This document shows, piece by piece, positions 60,201 to 64,000 of a DNA stretch of 64,000 nt. Each line of letters starts with the position of its first letter. Position 1 is the stretch's first letter. Under the pieces are notes generated by a model. It did not search any database, was not told the DNA's origin, and was given only the letters and a program-made list of their open reading frames with translations. The stretch is from Cladosporium halotolerans (taxonomy: Eukaryota): assembly GCF_011745625.1 (NCBI RefSeq), contig NW_027191469.1, positions 1 to 64,000 on the forward strand, in the 5' to 3' direction. The position numbers were made by a program, and so were the translations under genes.

Positions 60201-63200
60201 GGAGATCGCCACCAACTTACTAGACGCATGTGCACACGCCCAAGGCAAGCTCATTTTCCACCGCTTGGTCCTCATCATCAACTTCAGCCAACTGGAGATT
60301 TTCAAGCAAGCAGAGATCCGAGAGGCATTCGTCGCGAACACCTATCGATGGCTGGCACCGTACTGGGGTGCGACGAACGAGGTGACTCAGCAGTGGCGCA
60401 ATCAGGTACGCCTCTGCTGTTCCGTTGTTGCAACTCAGACTTTCCAGCTTGGCGAAGAGAGCTGCCAGTACGTCCCAAAACTCGTCGAATCGTACGAAAT
60501 TTTGCAGAAAGCCGAGCGTACACCAAGAAGAACATTGAGCCTCTTGTTCCCAACGAGCTACCCGTTCCCGGAGAAACGATCGCCGACCGAGGTGGATGTT
60601 GACGAGGCGATGCTGGAGATGTCAGCCCTCCTGGCTGCGGCTCTGACAACGCAGAAACGGCTATACTTCGACGCAAGTGTGGTCGATGTCCCTGGCGTTC
60701 TTCTTCAGGCCTTGAAAGTAGGGCAGAGCATCTTGAACTGCGAAGCCTTCCCTCGCAGCTGGGTGAGCTTGCACGTGAGCCACCACCGATATTCTATCCG
60801 GTCTCTGCAAAAGATCTCGGAAATCCTACTGGAGTGGATTCCTGACATCTACGCGCCCAACGCCGACGAGGCCTTCGAGTTCGACAACACCATCTGGCGA
60901 CAATTCTTCGAGACGCTCTTCGCTGCGGTTAGCAGCCCAGCCCTAGCCATGGAGAGTTTTCCTGAACAGAAACGCAGAGCCATTTGGAAGATTGCGGGCG
61001 ACGTCAGAGAGGAAGGCGCCCAGCTGCTCAAGCGCGCCTGGGAAGCCATCGGGTGGGAGACCGACGAAGAGAGCCGAGCGCTGCACGGCTTCACTCGTAT
61101 GGGTGGCTACCAGGTCCAGTTCGTGCCGGATCTTGTCGCGCCTATCGTGCAGCTATGTCTCAGCAAACACGCCAGCCTCAGGAGCGTTGCTGTGGAAGTG
61201 CTGAGGAGCATGATCGTGGGCGCTTGGGAGATAGACCAAGACCTGGGCATCATTCAGAACGCCATGATCGACTGCTTGGACAGGTTGTGCCGCCAGAAAG
61301 CCGTGACAGAGGCGACCCTGCAGAAGACATTCATCTCGGAGATGATTACACGATTCGGCCGGCTCAAAGATTCCGGTGAGGACGACCTCTACCAAGCCGT
61401 GGTCGCTATGTTCAATAAGATTGAAGAGCTCCTCGGCATGCTTGACAACGTCCACACCAACGCGGTCGTTTCGAACGAGCCCGTGCAGATTATGAACACT
61501 TTGCGACTCATGGAGTTCCTTCGCAATGTGCAGAGTGAAGAAGCGTACATTCGATATGTGCACCAACTGGCTGATATGCAAGCCAACGCCGGCAACCACA
61601 CTGAAGCTGGACTGGCGTTGAAGTTGCACGCCGATCGTTACCAGTGGGACACCACGGCTCAGACGCAGGAAATGTTCGAGCCCAAGATGCCAGCTCAGAA
61701 GGCCTTCGAGCGGAAAGAAGCGCTCTACTTCGAGATGGTGCAGCATTTTGAACGTGGGCGTTGCTGGCACAAGGTTCTCGCAGTGTACAAGGAGCTGGCG
61801 GAACAGTATGAAACCAACATTTTCGACTTTGGCAAGCTGGCGAGAGCGCAGCGCGCTATGGCTGGTGTCCACGAGAAGATCGCGAAGAACGAACGCTCTC
61901 CACCGAGGTACTTCAGAGTCGTGTACAAGGGTCACGGCTTCCCGGTCAGTCTGCGCGACAAGGAATTCATCTTCGAAGGTCATTCGACGGATCGCCTTGC
62001 GTTGTTTGAGGATCGCATCAAGCAGCTTCATCCTGCCGCACAGGTCTTGCGGACCGGCATCGAGCCTGAGCTTGAGGGTCAGTACCTTCAGATCTTTGCG
62101 GTCAGCATCCACAAGGATCTTCATCACACAGTCTATCAGCGCACGAAGGTTGCTCAGACTGTCCGTGATTACTACTTGCTTTCGAGCCCGTACAGGTTCT
62201 CTACGACGTCGCGGCAGCCCTTGAAGGATGTTCCGATCACCGATCAGCCTGTGGAGAAGATCGTCTACACCACTGTTGAGGCATTCCCAACAATCCTGCG
62301 TCGTGCGGAGATTGTCAAGACGGATGTTTCAATGCTTTCTGCCGTTGAAGCCGCTGTCGAACGGACAGCAAGGAAGACGCAGGAGCTTACCGCCTTGGAG
62401 AAGCGCATCTCAAGCGGCGACGAAGGGGCCAGAGATCAACTGTCCGAAGCTATCCTTCTTTCCGTCGATCCAAGCTCTGAGAGCAGCGTCGCCAGATACC
62501 GCAGCCTTCTACCTGCGGTCGCCACGAAAGACGACGTGTCCGAAGAGGTCGATCCTAACAATGTCGATCTGACCGGCGCAGAGCAACCTCAAATGGACAC
62601 TTTCCAGTCGGCGCTCCACACCGCGCTCCTTGACCACGCACTCGTTATCCGCAGGTGTCTGTTCTTCTACAACCGCTCCGCGCACGTCGCCACCCGTGCC
62701 GAGCTCGTCCCCAGATTCGAAGCGACCTTCGAGCACGAACTCTCAATCTTATTCCCCGGGCAAGCGAACATCGTCGACTTCAGTGATATCCCGTCCCCCG
62801 ACGCAGAACAGCCCCCCGCGAACGGCCAGCAAGCGACCGACGGCGCCGCCGCAGCCAACGAATCCGCGATCATCGACGACGGCCAGCCGGGCGAATCGGT
62901 CTTCCGGCGTGGAAGGAGACGCTCGCTGTCCTTCCTTAAGCGCGGCTCGATCAGCTCGCTCCGCGGCAGATTGTCAGAACACAGCCAGCAGAATGGAGGC
63001 GCGGACGAAAACGGGCGGGTGTCGAGGAACGAGAGCCGGAACCGTAGCCAGAGCCGCGGCAGGCTGAGTCTATTCGACAGACGGCCGAGCGTGGACACCA
63101 GGCCTGGCAGCGCTGCGGGCGGCGGCGGCACGCTGAAGAAGCGGCTGAGTTTCCTGTCGAATGGTGGGAGCTGGGGACATGCGACTTACAATGACGGGTA

Positions 63201-63204
63201 TTAA
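57277..63204 (+). CDS. DCK1: DOCK-family Rac GEF (SH3, C2/DHR-1, DHR-2)
   Basis: N-terminal SH3 (MPWQPLP..AFAICVYPF...WYRGY...GIFP), PLVDEIASCLREW, RSDIYLTI, YIRYVHQL...EAGLALKLHA, YFRVVYKGHGFP; 1975-aa ORF. Confidence 0.93.
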   Translation: MPWQPLPAVAFAICVYPFHATQTQDLPLQVGDHIYIIEQGGKNQQWYRGYLVASPSLLAGLTSNRGQQLEHRVFSGIFPRNCVEVREFLGEEKSNGSTTRPASPVSVGGTDEDNIKERRMSQKLVARRLSRAHSRKRSQSNIKEKARAQGIDLQRNPLPRLPNAPKPLAPVPLLRVGDETVQSAEEPLVDEIASCLREWHDARLHELLLSRSYPQLGRVQDLIKRLSTSRQQLMHDVMTTKELRKLREDTVWDLVAGNKLLSDEVVVRSCAEKGRLLTADDSVIEMTKDQANMSTLDRPPKAPADMLMLYHIIVDVTNFVSSADQPATLQLYLCSKEFGEKPQPLTENYAISLPIVDAESKPSDDESKTLFVNLTAADLGIGQESNSLYLVFKLLKDEPVRQTLSHQPVHELSNQPSMSSIPKTRNSLKSRRSMFGSQKKQEPRPGTANSERPRTGRSSSSMSEHPSMQEKTVKRTVGVGAIDISNVARDQSELRTSVTMWTPSTPSDDRSNEDAGWNDIIRELGRSPTGGFSKVPAVKRFDVFTTTLPSLDLDSLIRTAPTLLHNIHTTQKLGFSGVPSKPRSDIYLTITEPLIPKNAQLAHSKYGNVPLSQRCQSALANLQLTLEVRKASGERVEDCIFTSSNHQGHIAWRTTGVEKGEAWNQTIRLSVPAEDVPGCHVVMSIADSPNFPFALAWVPLWENDAFVRDGEHHVSLYVYDEYSSSIIGGKGAYLALPPWARKTDFTEASAAMVSLRTYLCSTEYSQDPNLLGLLNWREFHGEKLIEILDKFSFVPEIEIVKLLRQVFQSLFEILDEYAGNEVYEDLVFSDFVVLFLVARDRRFDMKNVIEDYAATRHDWPHASQCLVRAFHRLVKNPMDSEASRKLRAALKVGDQMLRLIVETRLPSPSEPDVQEDEASARHPAFVEDLQNLFVALMALMRNPMPVLLGTQTLVIQHFHSWLPELASFMSPAEILEIATNLLDACAHAQGKLIFHRLVLIINFSQLEIFKQAEIREAFVANTYRWLAPYWGATNEVTQQWRNQVRLCCSVVATQTFQLGEESCQYVPKLVESYEILQKAERTPRRTLSLLFPTSYPFPEKRSPTEVDVDEAMLEMSALLAAALTTQKRLYFDASVVDVPGVLLQALKVGQSILNCEAFPRSWVSLHVSHHRYSIRSLQKISEILLEWIPDIYAPNADEAFEFDNTIWRQFFETLFAAVSSPALAMESFPEQKRRAIWKIAGDVREEGAQLLKRAWEAIGWETDEESRALHGFTRMGGYQVQFVPDLVAPIVQLCLSKHASLRSVAVEVLRSMIVGAWEIDQDLGIIQNAMIDCLDRLCRQKAVTEATLQKTFISEMITRFGRLKDSGEDDLYQAVVAMFNKIEELLGMLDNVHTNAVVSNEPVQIMNTLRLMEFLRNVQSEEAYIRYVHQLADMQANAGNHTEAGLALKLHADRYQWDTTAQTQEMFEPKMPAQKAFERKEALYFEMVQHFERGRCWHKVLAVYKELAEQYETNIFDFGKLARAQRAMAGVHEKIAKNERSPPRYFRVVYKGHGFPVSLRDKEFIFEGHSTDRLALFEDRIKQLHPAAQVLRTGIEPELEGQYLQIFAVSIHKDLHHTVYQRTKVAQTVRDYYLLSSPYRFSTTSRQPLKDVPITDQPVEKIVYTTVEAFPTILRRAEIVKTDVSMLSAVEAAVERTARKTQELTALEKRISSGDEGARDQLSEAILLSVDPSSESSVARYRSLLPAVATKDDVSEEVDPNNVDLTGAEQPQMDTFQSALHTALLDHALVIRRCLFFYNRSAHVATRAELVPRFEATFEHELSILFPGQANIVDFSDIPSPDAEQPPANGQQATDGAAAANESAIIDDGQPGESVFRRGRRRSLSFLKRGSISSLRGRLSEHSQQNGGADENGRVSRNESRNRSQSRGRLSLFDRRPSVDTRPGSAAGGGGTLKKRLSFLSNGGSWGHATYNDGY

Positions 63205-63739
63205 GATTGAGGAGACTGATGGTGTGATGACTTGGGTAAGCCTCTTTTTCTTTTCTGTTTCTTTTCTTCTTCTACTTCATGTTTGTGGATTGGTTAGGTT
63301 TGGTTTGGGGAGGCTTTGATACCCTGGGGCTCTCGAAAGTGTATCAGTATTGCGTTTATGGCATTGGGTGCACACTGCATACTTTGTGTAGGATATTTTA
63401 TAATCAGTACTTGTGTCAATTTCCCTCAATTGTTTGTAACTTTGACTCTCGAGTCCCTCCAGTCGGAGGTTGGCGATGCACTGTCTCAATGTCACACCAC
63501 GGTTATGATGTCGCCGCAGCGATCGCGCCCCACGTTGTCCCGCATTGTCAGCTCTCTGTCGGACTTCATCCAACGCTCCTTCCTTGATTAAGACCATATC
63601 TGTGTGCACCCGACTTCGAACAAGGACTCTAGTTTGCCCGTTCTTACATATTCCGGCTCAACCACAAGATATCAAAAGTCTGCATTACCCGTCCCAGAGC
63701 CGGTCTTTTCATCGCAAAGGAAGACACTTTCGTCCCGAC

Positions 63740-64000
63740 ATGTCACAACCCACCATCAAGACCAGAGTGCTCATCATCTCGGACACTCACAATGCGCCTC
63801 TCAGCGAGAAGGGCGACGGAAAACCCATCGCCCCCTTCAAATCACCGCTGCCGTCAGCAGACCTCCTCATCCACTGCGGGGACCTCACAATGACCGGCCA
63901 GCAAGACGAATACCACCGGACGCTCGACATGCTCTCCGAGATCTCCGCGCCCGTGAAACTCGTCATAGCCGGTAACCACGATCTCTCGCTGGACCGCGAC
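63740..64000 (+). CDS. Calcineurin-like metallophosphoesterase, 5' part only (truncated by the window end)
   Basis: MSQPTIKTRVLIISDTH...DLLIHCGDLT...LVIAGNHDLSLD. Confidence 0.9.
   Translation, partial: MSQPTIKTRVLIISDTHNAPLSEKGDGKPIAPFKSPLPSADLLIHCGDLTMTGQQDEYHRTLDMLSEISAPVKLVIAGNHDLSLDRD

Noticed and set aside
36047..63204. Functional clustering of Rictor and DOCK, or of the ubiquitin-system genes
   Set aside because: They are separated by unrelated housekeeping genes, and co-occurrence within 64 kb is expected by chance.

Overview
Gene-dense, GC-rich chromosomal DNA from a filamentous ascomycete. Evidence: short GT-AG introns with CTRAC branch points and Pezizomycotina-type gene families; a Dothideomycete source is an inference. 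The left end (1-6.5 kb) looks accessory: a probable DNA-transposon terminus interrupting a decayed secreted-protein gene, two tandem paralogues of unknown function, and a secreted protein with a NucA/NucB-like motif. The rest is mostly conserved genes: a Myb/telobox telomere-repeat-binding factor, RING-CH ligase, BRF1, flavocytochrome b2, Vip1, DAHP synthase, bilirubin oxidase, LONRF, Rictor, CoA-transferase III, riboflavin synthase, a PPR-like protein, a zf-PARP/AT-hook protein, an atypical E2, a DOCK GEF and a truncated metallophosphoesterase. Most striking observation: the telomere-repeat-binding-factor gene has a cluster of perfect and degenerate CCCTAA telomeric repeats just inside its unusually long first intron. 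This suggests an autoregulatory circuit in which the protein binds its own gene. A second perfect telomeric tract lies in the divergent CoA-transferase/RIB5 promoter. Exon boundaries were derived by hand and domain calls by motif recognition; no database searches were run.
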